From contig JAJYME010000006.1 of NCBI GenBank assembly GCA_021787205.1, forward strand, positions 15,644 to 79,643: a DNA stretch of 64,000 nucleotides, given 5' to 3'. Shown piece after piece: positions 28,930 to 38,464 of the stretch. Source of the stretch: a bacterium. GTDB lineage: Bacteria; Patescibacteriota; Minisyncoccia; UBA6257; Colwellbacteraceae. A program made the position numbers and the translations under genes. How positions within the stretch are numbered: the first letter of the stretch is position 1; each line of letters starts with the position of its first letter. The notes beneath the pieces are model-generated. The model saw only the letters and a list, made by a program, of their open reading frames with translations, was not told the origin of the DNA and made no database searches.

Positions 28930-29532
28930 CTATTCCAAGATTCCATCGAGATTGACATCATACAAAAGCGATTCGGAAATAAGCTTATAAGCAATCAACT
29001 CGTTCTCCGAGAACCAAAGCATAATTTCCTTCTCCGCCTCTTCAACCGATCCGGAAGCATGGACAATATTTCTAACCGCCCTGCTGTCAGTATCTGCCAA
29101 GATGTAAGAGTCGATAGTCAAATCCCCCCTGATGGTTCCGACATCAGATGAAGCCGGCTCAGTGCTGCCGACAATCTTCCTGGTCGTTGTGACTGCTCCG
29201 ACTCCTTGCCAAACCATGGCAACGACCGGTCCGGCTGTAAAGTACTTGATCAAACCGTCCAGGACTCTCTTTCCAGCTTCTTCCGGATTTTTATTCGGGG
29301 CCTCTAAGCCCTTCTTCTCATAAGCAGAAATAGCCTTATTGCCGACTTTGACCAACCATTCTGGATCGATCAAGTAATGCTTGTTTACCAATTCGCTGGT
29401 CGGAACGATCATCTTGATGGCAATCAACTTCAAACCGACTCTCTCAAATCGGGAGATTATCTCTCCTATCAAAGCCCTTTGGACTCCCTCTGGCTTTACT
29501 ACCACTAATGTTTTTTCCTTCTTGATATCCAT
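28930..29532 (-). CDS. ndk: Nucleoside diphosphate kinase
   Basis: VKPEGVQR, GTIRGD, NIVHAS. Confidence 0.95.
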   Translation of the reverse strand: MDIKKEKTLVVVKPEGVQRALIGEIISRFERVGLKLIAIKMIVPTSELVNKHYLIDPEWLVKVGNKAISAYEKKGLEAPNKNPEEAGKRVLDGLIKYFTAGPVVAMVWQGVGAVTTTRKIVGSTEPASSDVGTIRGDLTIDSYILADTDSRAVRNIVHASGSVEEAEKEIMLWFSENELIAYKLISESLLYDVNLDGILE

Positions 29533-29555
29533 AGTAAATGAATTATATCACAATA

Positions 29556-30953
29556 TTATTTTTGAATCTTTAAATGAAGCTCCTTTAACTGCTTCTCTTC
29601 CACTTCCGCCGGAGCGGACATCATGAAATCCCTGCCATCTCCCGTCTTCGGGAAGGCCATTACCTCTCTGATATTCGGTTCGTTTTCCAAAATCATCATC
29701 AAACGGTCAAAGCCGAAAGCTAATCCGCCGTGTGGCGGGGTGCCATAATCAAAGGCTTCAAGCATATGCCCGAAGTTGTTTGATATCCTCTCCTCGGCAT
29801 AACCCATGATTTCAAAAACCTTTCTCAGCGCCGCCGATTGGTGATTCCTGATAGATCCGCCTCCTATTTCGAAACCGTTCAAGACGATATCGTATTGGGT
29901 AGTCAAGATTTCCGGAATGTTTTTCTTATTCATCAAATCTTCCATGAACTCTGGCTTAGCTGCAGAAAACGGGTTGTGAGTGAAAGTCCATCCCCCTTCA
30001 TCGGCTTTCTCGAAAAACGGGAAATCAATGACCCAGCAGAAAGCCAAAAGGTTTGGATCTTCCTTGTTCTCCCTGATATCCGGCCTGTCGGTTCCATACT
30101 TTTCCATCGCCTCCTTATAAGTGATCTTCGGGAAGGGCATTTGTTGGATTTTCTTTTGGGGATAAACCTCTTGGACGAATTTGATAAGAGCGCCTTCAAT
30201 CATCTCCATGACATCCTCCCTGTTCACAAAGCTCATTTCGAGGTCGAGCTGGGTAAACTCCGGTTGTCTGTCGCCTCTAGTATCTTCATCTCTGAAACAC
30301 TTGGCGAATTGATAATATCTCTCGAGTCCAGCCGCCATCAGAAGCTGCTTGTATTGCTGGGGAGATTGGGGCAGGGCGTAAAAATTGCCCGGATAAACTC
30401 TTGAAGGCACAAGATAATCGCGCGCTCCCTCCGGAGTTGATTTGGTTAGGACCGGGGTTTCCACTTCGGTGAAATCATTTGCCGCCAAAAAATCTCGGAA
30501 GAACTTGAAGGTCTTTGCCCTGTTCCTCATATTCTTGGCCATTCTCGGACGTCTGAGGTCGAGATAGCGGTATTTCATCCTGATATCCTCATTTATATCC
30601 TTTCCATCAGTCGTGACGTCGATCGGAGGAGTAAGAGACTCATTTAAGATTTCCAACCCTTCGACCTGCATCTCCACCGTTCCGGTGACGATTTCCTCAT
30701 TGACCATCGAAGCCGGTCTCTCGGAAATCTTGCCGGTAAGCTTCACCACCCATTCGTTACGCAAGTTCTTGGCAAGCTCGTAGACGGAATTGTCTCCGTC
30801 TTTCTTGGGGAAGAAAACGGTCTGAATGATCCCGGTTCGGTCGCGAAGGTCGATGAAAATCAACTTACCGTGATCGCGTCTGGAATCAACCCAGCCCATT
30901 ACCTCTACCGTCTCCCCTATTTTTTTTACTGTATCCTTGATTAAGGTACGCAT
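29556..30953 (-). CDS. aspS: Aspartate--tRNA ligase, short, probably non-discriminating
   Basis: RRDHGKLIF, TPEGARDY, LPQSPQ, RQPEFTQLD, PPHGG; GAD insertion absent. Confidence 0.95.
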   Translation of the reverse strand: MRTLIKDTVKKIGETVEVMGWVDSRRDHGKLIFIDLRDRTGIIQTVFFPKKDGDNSVYELAKNLRNEWVVKLTGKISERPASMVNEEIVTGTVEMQVEGLEILNESLTPPIDVTTDGKDINEDIRMKYRYLDLRRPRMAKNMRNRAKTFKFFRDFLAANDFTEVETPVLTKSTPEGARDYLVPSRVYPGNFYALPQSPQQYKQLLMAAGLERYYQFAKCFRDEDTRGDRQPEFTQLDLEMSFVNREDVMEMIEGALIKFVQEVYPQKKIQQMPFPKITYKEAMEKYGTDRPDIRENKEDPNLLAFCWVIDFPFFEKADEGGWTFTHNPFSAAKPEFMEDLMNKKNIPEILTTQYDIVLNGFEIGGGSIRNHQSAALRKVFEIMGYAEERISNNFGHMLEAFDYGTPPHGGLAFGFDRLMMILENEPNIREVMAFPKTGDGRDFMMSAPAEVEEKQLKELHLKIQK

Positions 30954-30985
30954 TTTTTATTTTTTATTATTAACCTTTTGTTACT

Positions 30986-31189
30986 AAAAACGCCCTCACA
31001 CACTCAAAAAAATGAGTATGTAAGGGCGAGTGAAAGTTTCGCGGTACCACCTTACTTTCCATAAGCTTTTAATTACAAGGCAATCTTTCTTATGGCTTTA
31101 TCGAAGCGTTAACGGGCTTCTCCCGTGAAGTTCTACTCTCCCAAAGGATTTCTTCTTCAAGCTCGGCTGTGTTGGCAGCGTCACGGCTT
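30986..31189 (-). promoter_or_regulatory. T-box riboswitch (transcriptional)
   Basis: AAGGTGGTACCGCG at 31040-31053, antiterminator, terminator 30986-31028, AGTA stem II and CCGTTA IIA/B region, K-turn Stem I. Confidence 0.92.
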
Positions 31190-31232
31190 ATTGGTTGATT
31201 TATACCATAAATCAATAAAACCCGCAAATTCC

Positions 31233-32048
31233 CTATTTCTCTAACTGGATATCCCCCTCATAATCCGTCCTTCTGATCTTGGCTCCGGCAAGAATCAATC
31301 TCTGCAGCGTCTCTTTTGCCGGATGTCCGTAGAAATTCTTTCCGACAGAGATTATCGCGAGCTCCGGCCGCACGTATTTGAGTAACCTGTCCCCAGTTGA
31401 GGACTTTGCTCCATGATGGGCCACCTTCAAAATATCAGCTCTCAAAAGCTTTCCGTATTTTCGCATCAGCTTCTCTTCTGCCTTTTGGCTTATATCCGCC
31501 GCAAACAATATCCTCTTGGGCTTGGCAATCGCGAAAATCACGATGGAATTGTCATTATCACCCTTAAGCTTCATCCTGATGTCCGGAGATAGGATTTCCA
31601 ACTGCTCTTCACCAAAATCGATCTTTGTTCCGGAGGTGACCGCCGTTACCCTTGTCCCTCTAGCCCTCGCGATATTCATTGCCTCGAATAATTCATAAGG
31701 CATTGAAGTCGTATCGGGGTAAGTTTTTCCATCAGCAGAAGGAAAGACTAAGGCGCCTATTTCATATCTCTTGGCAATTTCCAAAGCTCCGCCGGAGTGG
31801 TCTTTGTCATAATGGCTTATAAAGACGACATCGAGATATTTCCTTCTGCCCAAATACTCTCCGATCTTCCTGACAATTCCTCCTTCCGGCCCGGTATCAA
31901 CGAGATAAATATGACTCCCCGATTGGGATAGCGCCGCATCTCCTTGCCCGACATCCATAAAGACATATCTCTTGGGAGTTGGGGCAATCATAAGAGCTGA
32001 TACCGCATTAAAGAATATCAGCAAAATAAGCAATGGTTTTGATTTCAT
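31233..32048 (-). CDS. ComEC-type metallo-beta-lactamase nuclease domain protein
   Basis: DVGQGDA, SHYDKDHSGG, LKVAHHG, YGHP, RTD. Confidence 0.9.
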   Translation of the reverse strand: MKSKPLLILLIFFNAVSALMIAPTPKRYVFMDVGQGDAALSQSGSHIYLVDTGPEGGIVRKIGEYLGRRKYLDVVFISHYDKDHSGGALEIAKRYEIGALVFPSADGKTYPDTTSMPYELFEAMNIARARGTRVTAVTSGTKIDFGEEQLEILSPDIRMKLKGDNDNSIVIFAIAKPKRILFAADISQKAEEKLMRKYGKLLRADILKVAHHGAKSSTGDRLLKYVRPELAIISVGKNFYGHPAKETLQRLILAGAKIRRTDYEGDIQLEK

Positions 32049-33342
32049 AATGTAAAAGGATATTTGCGACAAAAGAGACGAACCAAGAAACGATTCCCAA
32101 CTTATCTCCGATAAGCGAGGTCAGAAAAACGAATAAGTAAGTGATGGGGATAAGGGAGATTATTGCCAGATTGGCGATGAGCCCGATCGGGGCCACGGTT
32201 ATGCCGTTCCAGAGGATCACCGGTGTGACCGCCAGTTGGGCGGAGACGGTTTCTGAAAAGCCCATTTTGTTGATTATTTTTCCGACGGAAATCTTGTCGA
32301 CTGCTTTTGAAATTCCCCCAGAAAAGGTCGCAAGGCCTAGGATTGCCGCAAAGGAGAGTTGGAAACCCAGATCGCCGGAAACCCCCGGGTCAAAAAGGCT
32401 CATTGTGAAAGCGGAGAAGGCAAGCGCGTTTCTAAGCGAATACTTCTTTCCAAAGAACGCGGCTAAAATAAAAACCGATCCCATTATCACCGACCGCAAA
32501 AGAGAGGCGGAATATCCGGCCAATAACCAAAGTATCAAAATCAATATGATTGAGAAAAACAAGGCTGAACGCCGCTTTAAGAATATCCCCAGTATTGAGA
32601 TCGAGACCGTCATTAAAATCATCACGTTCCAACCGGAGAGAGCGACGATATGGCTTGTCCCCGTCTTTCTTAAATCATCCTTGAATTCCTTGGAAAATCC
32701 GGAAGTGTCACCCAGAAGCAAACCGTTGGCCAGTGCCGCCTCAGACGCCGGCAGCGACCTCCCTATGTTTTCAAAGAGCCAATCTCGGACAGTCTCAACT
32801 AGCAATCCCGTTTTGTTTTTTGAGTGCTCGACTAATGTGATCTTTTGCTTGTTAAGATACGCCCCGGCGCTCCTAATCTGGTAAACAACTCCCTCGATTC
32901 TGACCCTATCACCGATATGAAAATCCCCTCCATCAGTCAAGATATTAAAGTCACCCTTATCTGTCCTGACCTTAACCAGGATATAAGACGGAGAATTATG
33001 AATAAAATCCTTGATTGTACCGATTGCCTTTATTTTCTCCCCGACTAAAAAAACCGCCCGGTAATTGGCTTGATGGATCCAGGCATAGCCGGAAAAGACC
33101 GCCAAAGAAATGAAAATGATGCCAATGACTTCCCTGAAGACCTTTTCTTGGAAAATAAGAAATGACCCGATCATAATTGCCGCCAAAGAAAAAGCCGCCC
33201 AATGCAAATTGAAGTTAACCAGGCTCATCCCTATAAAACCAAAGAGGAAGAACACAAAGACGGCATCATATGCCACCAACTTTCCCCGCTTCAAAGACGG
33301 CAATATTTTTGAAAAATCAAAAAGACGCATCGTGTTTATCAA
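32008..33342 (-). CDS. comEC: ComEC/Rec2 competence membrane channel
   Basis: GLLLGD, GTSHIVALSGWNV, DLGFQLSFAA. Confidence 0.9.
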   Translation of the reverse strand: MINTMRLFDFSKILPSLKRGKLVAYDAVFVFFLFGFIGMSLVNFNLHWAAFSLAAIMIGSFLIFQEKVFREVIGIIFISLAVFSGYAWIHQANYRAVFLVGEKIKAIGTIKDFIHNSPSYILVKVRTDKGDFNILTDGGDFHIGDRVRIEGVVYQIRSAGAYLNKQKITLVEHSKNKTGLLVETVRDWLFENIGRSLPASEAALANGLLLGDTSGFSKEFKDDLRKTGTSHIVALSGWNVMILMTVSISILGIFLKRRSALFFSIILILILWLLAGYSASLLRSVIMGSVFILAAFFGKKYSLRNALAFSAFTMSLFDPGVSGDLGFQLSFAAILGLATFSGGISKAVDKISVGKIINKMGFSETVSAQLAVTPVILWNGITVAPIGLIANLAIISLIPITYLFVFLTSLIGDKLGIVSWFVSFVANILLHYEIKTIAYFADIL

Positions 33343-33373
33343 TGCGCCTCTTTGTGCGTCTTAATACCTTATA

Positions 33374-34453
33374 TTATACTATGACCCCGCCGCCCACCAT
33401 CTCTCCTTGCTCGCTGTAAAAAACGGCTGATTGCCCTTTGGCAATGAATTTCTGCGGCTCTTTGAAATCAAGTCGCCAATTCTTCTCGCCTTGGATTAAT
33501 GTTGCCGGGAAAAGGGGTTGACGATAACGGACTCGCGCCATCACTTCAATTGGTCTGTTTGGAATCTCCTTCGAGGTGAAGTTTATCTCTGCCAGGTTGA
33601 CTCCTTCCGAGAATAAGGCCGGATTATCACCTCCCTCCGCCACTATCAAGGAATTCGTCTTGATATCCTTATCAATCACATATCTTGCGATTGTTGGCTC
33701 ATTCCCCTTCTTTCCCGTCACCACCTTTACTCCCAGATGTCTCTGACCGATGGTATAGAATGATAATCCTTCGTGCTCACCGATTACCCTTCCCTCCGTC
33801 GTGACAATCGGACCGGGATCGGTCTGGATATAAGCCTTCAAGAAATCTCTCATAGAGACGTCTCCTAAGAAGCAGATTCCCTGGGAATCTTTCTTGTTAG
33901 CCGTCGGCAAATGGGCAAATGAAGCAAAGGTCCTAATTTCAGACTTTTGATAAGGACCGACTGGAAAAAGGGATCTGTTTATCTGGTCTTGGGATAAGGT
34001 CCATAAAAAATATGTCTGGTCCTTATTCAGGTCGTTGGCGATAAATAGCTTGCTGTTTCCTCCAGACTGTTTTTGAAGGACATAGTGACCGGTCGCAATG
34101 TAGTCCGCCCCCATCTCCATTGCCTTTCTCATGAAGAGTCCGAATTTTATTTCCTTGTTGCACATAACGTCGGGATTGGGGGTGATCCCGTTCTTATAAC
34201 TGGAAATCATGTAGTCCACGACTGCCCTTTTATATTCTTCTTCCATGTTCCAGACGTAGAAAGGAATTTTCAAGACTTCTGCCGAGCGTCTGGCATATTC
34301 CGCGTCTATGTCTCCGCAACCATCGACATTGTAGCCTCGGATATGGACACCGATAACCTCATACCCGGCGCGAAGCAAAAGCAAAGCCGCGACTGAAGAA
34401 TCAACTCCGCCGCTCAATCCAACAAAAACTTTTTGTCTCCCGTTCTGAATCAT
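33374..34453 (-). CDS. mnmA: tRNA 2-thiouridylase
   Basis: SGGVDSS, TPNPDVMCN, KDSQGICF. Confidence 0.96.
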   Translation of the reverse strand: MIQNGRQKVFVGLSGGVDSSVAALLLLRAGYEVIGVHIRGYNVDGCGDIDAEYARRSAEVLKIPFYVWNMEEEYKRAVVDYMISSYKNGITPNPDVMCNKEIKFGLFMRKAMEMGADYIATGHYVLQKQSGGNSKLFIANDLNKDQTYFLWTLSQDQINRSLFPVGPYQKSEIRTFASFAHLPTANKKDSQGICFLGDVSMRDFLKAYIQTDPGPIVTTEGRVIGEHEGLSFYTIGQRHLGVKVVTGKKGNEPTIARYVIDKDIKTNSLIVAEGGDNPALFSEGVNLAEINFTSKEIPNRPIEVMARVRYRQPLFPATLIQGEKNWRLDFKEPQKFIAKGQSAVFYSEQGEMVGGGVIV

Positions 34454-34499
34454 TTTATAAGCAAAAGGGCCCGCGATTGCGAGCCCGCATTGATGCCAA

Positions 34500-34802
34500 T
34501 TATTCTTCGGCTTTGGGTAAGATGATAATCATCCGTTCGCCAGCAACTTTCGGGTTATTCACTTCCCTGCGCTCCTCGCCCTTGGCTTCCATGTCCAGGA
34601 CAATCTTAAGCCAGGGGTTCGCTTCGGTAATCTCAAGAGTCTGGATCCGGTCGGCCGGGTCAGGCTCCTCGGGGCAGTAAAAGGTTACCGTCCGAACAGC
34701 CACGCACTTCTGGCCGATCTCGATGGCAATCCTCATTACCTCCTGCTCATGGATGCTCAGAGTCATCTCCAAGATTTTTTCATTCGTCCCTTCGCTACTC
34801 AT
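34500..34802 (-). CDS. Orphan hypothetical protein (100 aa)
   Basis: Own promoter, SD AAGGAG, terminator downstream; no recognised motif. Confidence 0.65.
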   Translation of the reverse strand: MSSEGTNEKILEMTLSIHEQEVMRIAIEIGQKCVAVRTVTFYCPEEPDPADRIQTLEITEANPWLKIVLDMEAKGEERREVNNPKVAGERMIIILPKAEE

Positions 34803-34941
34803 ACAACAAACACTCTCCTTCTTCGAAAAATATTTGGCTTTAAAGAGCCAGTATCCCGAATTCCTTTGGGATGTCTAATCATATTAACACATATTTCAAA
34901 TTTAGTCAAAATAAAACCGCCTTTTGGGCGGTTTTATTGGT

Positions 34942-35520
34942 TTAGATATTCTTTGAGGTGGAAATACGCTCAACATAAGTATTGGTTTCCGTATTTACCT
35001 TGATGACATCCCCTTCGTTAATGAACAAAGGCACGGTCACTTTGGCTCCACCCTCGACGGTGACAAGCTTGTCTCCGCCCTGGGCAGTATTGCCCTTTAA
35101 GGCTGGGGGCGCTTCCGTCACCATCAAATCCATCTTGACCGGAAGAGTAATCTTAATCGGTTCGTCGGATATGGTGAGGATATTGACCGGGGTATTAGCT
35201 TTAAGATATTTTCCGGCATCTCCGATCAGCGTTTCGCTCAAAGAAAAGCGAGTCTTCGGATTTCCCGGTTCTTGGAACCAATATTCCCCACGGTTTGCGT
35301 AAAGGAAAGTGAATTCCTTTCTGGAATACTCCGCTTCCTCGATGTGGTCGGATGCCTGCCAGGTTCGGTCGACAACCTTTCCGGTTTTGAGTTGCTTCAT
35401 CCTGGTCGTCACCGTCGCCTTTCTCTGTTGCATTCTCATGAATTCAACGTCAACGATTTCGTACGGTTCATTGTTCCAGATGATGATCATCCCTTTTTTA
35501 AGTTCGGTATATGAAATCAT
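34942..35520 (-). CDS. efp: Elongation factor P
   Basis: KGNTAQGGDK, VPLFINEGDVIKVNT..YVER. Confidence 0.94.
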   Translation of the reverse strand: MISYTELKKGMIIIWNNEPYEIVDVEFMRMQQRKATVTTRMKQLKTGKVVDRTWQASDHIEEAEYSRKEFTFLYANRGEYWFQEPGNPKTRFSLSETLIGDAGKYLKANTPVNILTISDEPIKITLPVKMDLMVTEAPPALKGNTAQGGDKLVTVEGGAKVTVPLFINEGDVIKVNTETNTYVERISTSKNI

Positions 35521-35522
35521 AG

Positions 35523-37013
35523 TTATTTTTCAGTTTGTTCTTCTTCGGTTATCGGACTGCCCGTGTGATTGATCGAATCCACTTTTTTGGATTCGGCGGA
35601 CTCCTCTTTCGATTTTAAGAGATCCGATAGGGCGTCTCTTAAATCATGAAGTTCTTCTTCGGTCTTTTCCTTTTTAACCGGTTTCAAAATGTCCTTGGGA
35701 GAAACCTCGTTTCTTCTTACTGCCCGGGACTCAACCGATTCTTTGGTTTCCCACTTCTCGGCGACTTGTTTCTCAACAGTCGCTCTGGGCAAAGTGTAAT
35801 TTCTCCTTGAGTTCTCGATTATGAGATCAGTAAAGGTCTCCTCGGGAGCTCTTAAGAAGGGCATATTTTGGGCTGAAAACGGACGCGAAGCGACACCGTC
35901 TATCATCAACTTGAGATAAACGTTGTGCTTGGCCGTATTTACCAGGTCTTCAGCGGTGATTTCCGGAGAGAATTCTTTCTCCAAGCTCTCCGCGTCCTCC
36001 GCTCCGACCCTGAAAGCGACAATCGTTCCTACGTTACCGAAGACGGCGCCGCGGACAGAGTCGCTTAATTGTTCGATATATTGGTGGGCCAAGATCAGTG
36101 ACAGATGGTATTTTCTGGCTTCTGACAAAATGACCGCGAAAGAATCGGTTGAGAAGTTTTGGAACTCGTCGATATACAAGAAGAAGTCCTTGCGGTCTTT
36201 CTCCTGGATATCGATTCTGGACATCGCCGCTTGTTGCAACGTCGTGATAAGCATTGCTCCCAACAAGGCGGAATTGTCCTCTCCGACCCTTCCGTGCGAA
36301 AGGTTGGCAATAAAGATCTTCTCAGAGTCCATGATCTCCCTCATGTTGATGGAAGATTTGGGTTGCCCGATTATATTCCTGATCAAAGGGTTGGCAATGA
36401 ATTGCCCGACTTTGTTCTGGATGGCCGCCACCGCTTCTGCGGCGTAGCGGTCAGAGTATTTTCCAAATTCGTTTACCCAGAAGTTCTTGACCATCGGGTC
36501 TTCGATCCGGCTGACGATGTCATTTCTGAATTTCTCGTCAGAGAAAAGTTTCATGACATCGAGCAAGGTCGTTCCCGGAAATTCGATCAAGGCCAAAAGG
36601 GCGTTGTTCAAGATATATTCCATTCTGGCCGACCAGGCGTCAACCCAGATTTTCTTGAAGACTCCCATGATCCCGGAAGCCACCAAGTGGCTCCTGGATT
36701 TGTCGGTGACCTCAAGAGGATTGAATCCTATCGGGTAATCGATATCGGACGGATTGAAGTAGACTACGTCTTGGATTCTTTCCGCCGGGACGAAATCAAG
36801 CATCTTTTCGGCAAATTGCCCGTGAGGGTCAATAAGTCCCACTCCTCGGCCGGAACGGATATCGTCTACTATCATGTTCTCCATCATAGTAGTCTTTCCC
36901 GTACCAGTCTTACCGATCAAATACATATGGCGCCTACGGTCGTCGGTCTTGATTCCGAAGGTGGTAAGCTTGTTTCTGAAAGTTGTTTGTCCAAAAAAAT
37001 TGATATCGCTCAT
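35523..37013 (-). CDS. TrwB/VirD4(T4CP)-like P-loop ATPase
   Basis: DRRRHMYLIGKTGTGKT, LYIDEFQNF, LSEARKY, LAHQY. Confidence 0.85.
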   Translation of the reverse strand: MSDINFFGQTTFRNKLTTFGIKTDDRRRHMYLIGKTGTGKTTMMENMIVDDIRSGRGVGLIDPHGQFAEKMLDFVPAERIQDVVYFNPSDIDYPIGFNPLEVTDKSRSHLVASGIMGVFKKIWVDAWSARMEYILNNALLALIEFPGTTLLDVMKLFSDEKFRNDIVSRIEDPMVKNFWVNEFGKYSDRYAAEAVAAIQNKVGQFIANPLIRNIIGQPKSSINMREIMDSEKIFIANLSHGRVGEDNSALLGAMLITTLQQAAMSRIDIQEKDRKDFFLYIDEFQNFSTDSFAVILSEARKYHLSLILAHQYIEQLSDSVRGAVFGNVGTIVAFRVGAEDAESLEKEFSPEITAEDLVNTAKHNVYLKLMIDGVASRPFSAQNMPFLRAPEETFTDLIIENSRRNYTLPRATVEKQVAEKWETKESVESRAVRRNEVSPKDILKPVKKEKTEEELHDLRDALSDLLKSKEESAESKKVDSINHTGSPITEEEQTEK

Positions 37014-37021
37014 ATGTTATT

Positions 37022-38449
37022 TTATTCGATTGGCAGGTTGACTGGAGGAGGCGTCTTCTTGGTCTCAACGGGAGCCAAGCCAGAGGCCTGTGATTTGCGA
37101 TTGACTGGAGGATGGAAAAGGGTCGCTAGCTCCTCCGCGTTCAAGATGAACGGTTCCGGAAGGTTCTTTTTATATTTTATTTCCAGGAACTCGATCTTGA
37201 AAAGATTCATGAAAGATACTCTCAGATTGTCGAACATATCCTCGACATTGCTGTAAGGATAGATCGTCCTCGCCTTGTAGTATCTGTACATCGTGTGTTT
37301 CCTCTGATCCAAGATCTCCTTTTTTCTGAAGAAGCGGCTCGGCTTGGTAAAGGTCGGGCCAGGTCTCAGGAAGTTAAGATGTTGGGTGTTAAATTGCTGG
37401 AAAGAAGACATCATTGCCGGGAAGTTAGTCTTGTCAAAAGACGCTTTCTTGTCGATGTAAATCATCCTGATGGATGTCTTGAAGGCTGATTTGCTCGCTT
37501 TCCTGTCGATGTTCCTTAAAACTTCGATATCAACCGGACTCAACTGTTCGTCTTTCTTGGCTTCTGGCTTTGCAGGCGCTTCCCATTCGGGGTGCGTTAT
37601 TGCCGCCATCATCAAATTCTTCCCGAATTCGGCTGAAGTTCCGGCGATACTCTCAAGAGCTCCTTTCTTCGCCTCAGCTTCCTTCTTATCCTTGAGGATT
37701 TTCTTAGTTATCTTCTTGACCGCATCCTTCAAATCTCCGGCTGAAGGAGAGATGACAATTTGGATGCACATCCTCTCCTCGCTGGACTTAAGTCCGGACA
37801 TGACTTCCGAAAGATGGGAAATCGGGTCTATTTCGTACTCCTCGAATTTTCTTTCTCCAAAGAAGTATGAATATGTTTTCAGCGGATAGGCGCTATCCTT
37901 TCCCAAAATCAAGTCGGTTCCTAAGATATCGTATTCGGAGTCAGGAAGGTCAGCCGGAAAATCACTGAGATAATCATTGGCTTCGACTATTTCCGTTTCC
38001 GGATATTGGGAGAATATCGCTTTTTCGAAAAGGGTTCTGTATTTCTTATTGACGCGGATGAAGAAGCGGATTCCCTCTTTCGAGGAAACCATCTCCAGCG
38101 CGGCTGATTCTTCGAACTGACCGGCAAGATACTTCTTCTCGGGCATGATTCCGAAGCTGTAAATCTGATAAAAGGCGGAAAAGACGTTTTCCATCGCCTT
38201 AGGAAACACTTCGTTGTTTCTCGGAAACTTCAATTCCAAGAAAATCCAGTTGAATTCTTTGTCATAGAACCTTTCCTGAGCTTCATCTAACCACCAATTA
38301 TGAAGGAAGGAGAACAAAAATTTTGCCAGGATGAAGGCTAGGACAAACCAGATAACAATGGAAAAAATCGGCTTTATGACACCGATTGTTTCCTTAACTA
38401 TATTCCAAAAATTGACGGTAAATAAATCAAAAATATCAAAGGCAGACAT
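37022..38449 (-). CDS. Membrane-anchored hypothetical protein, partner of the T4CP-like ATPase
   Basis: N-terminal TM; YPLKTY, FILNAEELATLFHPP; 8 nt from ATPase start. Confidence 0.75.
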   Translation of the reverse strand: MSAFDIFDLFTVNFWNIVKETIGVIKPIFSIVIWFVLAFILAKFLFSFLHNWWLDEAQERFYDKEFNWIFLELKFPRNNEVFPKAMENVFSAFYQIYSFGIMPEKKYLAGQFEESAALEMVSSKEGIRFFIRVNKKYRTLFEKAIFSQYPETEIVEANDYLSDFPADLPDSEYDILGTDLILGKDSAYPLKTYSYFFGERKFEEYEIDPISHLSEVMSGLKSSEERMCIQIVISPSAGDLKDAVKKITKKILKDKKEAEAKKGALESIAGTSAEFGKNLMMAAITHPEWEAPAKPEAKKDEQLSPVDIEVLRNIDRKASKSAFKTSIRMIYIDKKASFDKTNFPAMMSSFQQFNTQHLNFLRPGPTFTKPSRFFRKKEILDQRKHTMYRYYKARTIYPYSNVEDMFDNLRVSFMNLFKIEFLEIKYKKNLPEPFILNAEELATLFHPPVNRKSQASGLAPVETKKTPPPVNLPIE

Positions 38450-38464
38450 TAGGATAGGTAGTTG

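Noticed and set aside
36159-37256. Long antisense ORFs (also 6250-6981, 23081-23848, 32141-32884)
   Set aside because: Shadow frames opposite conserved genes
35523-38449. Conjugative element or prophage
   Set aside because: No integrase, relaxase or VirB genes; embedded among housekeeping genes
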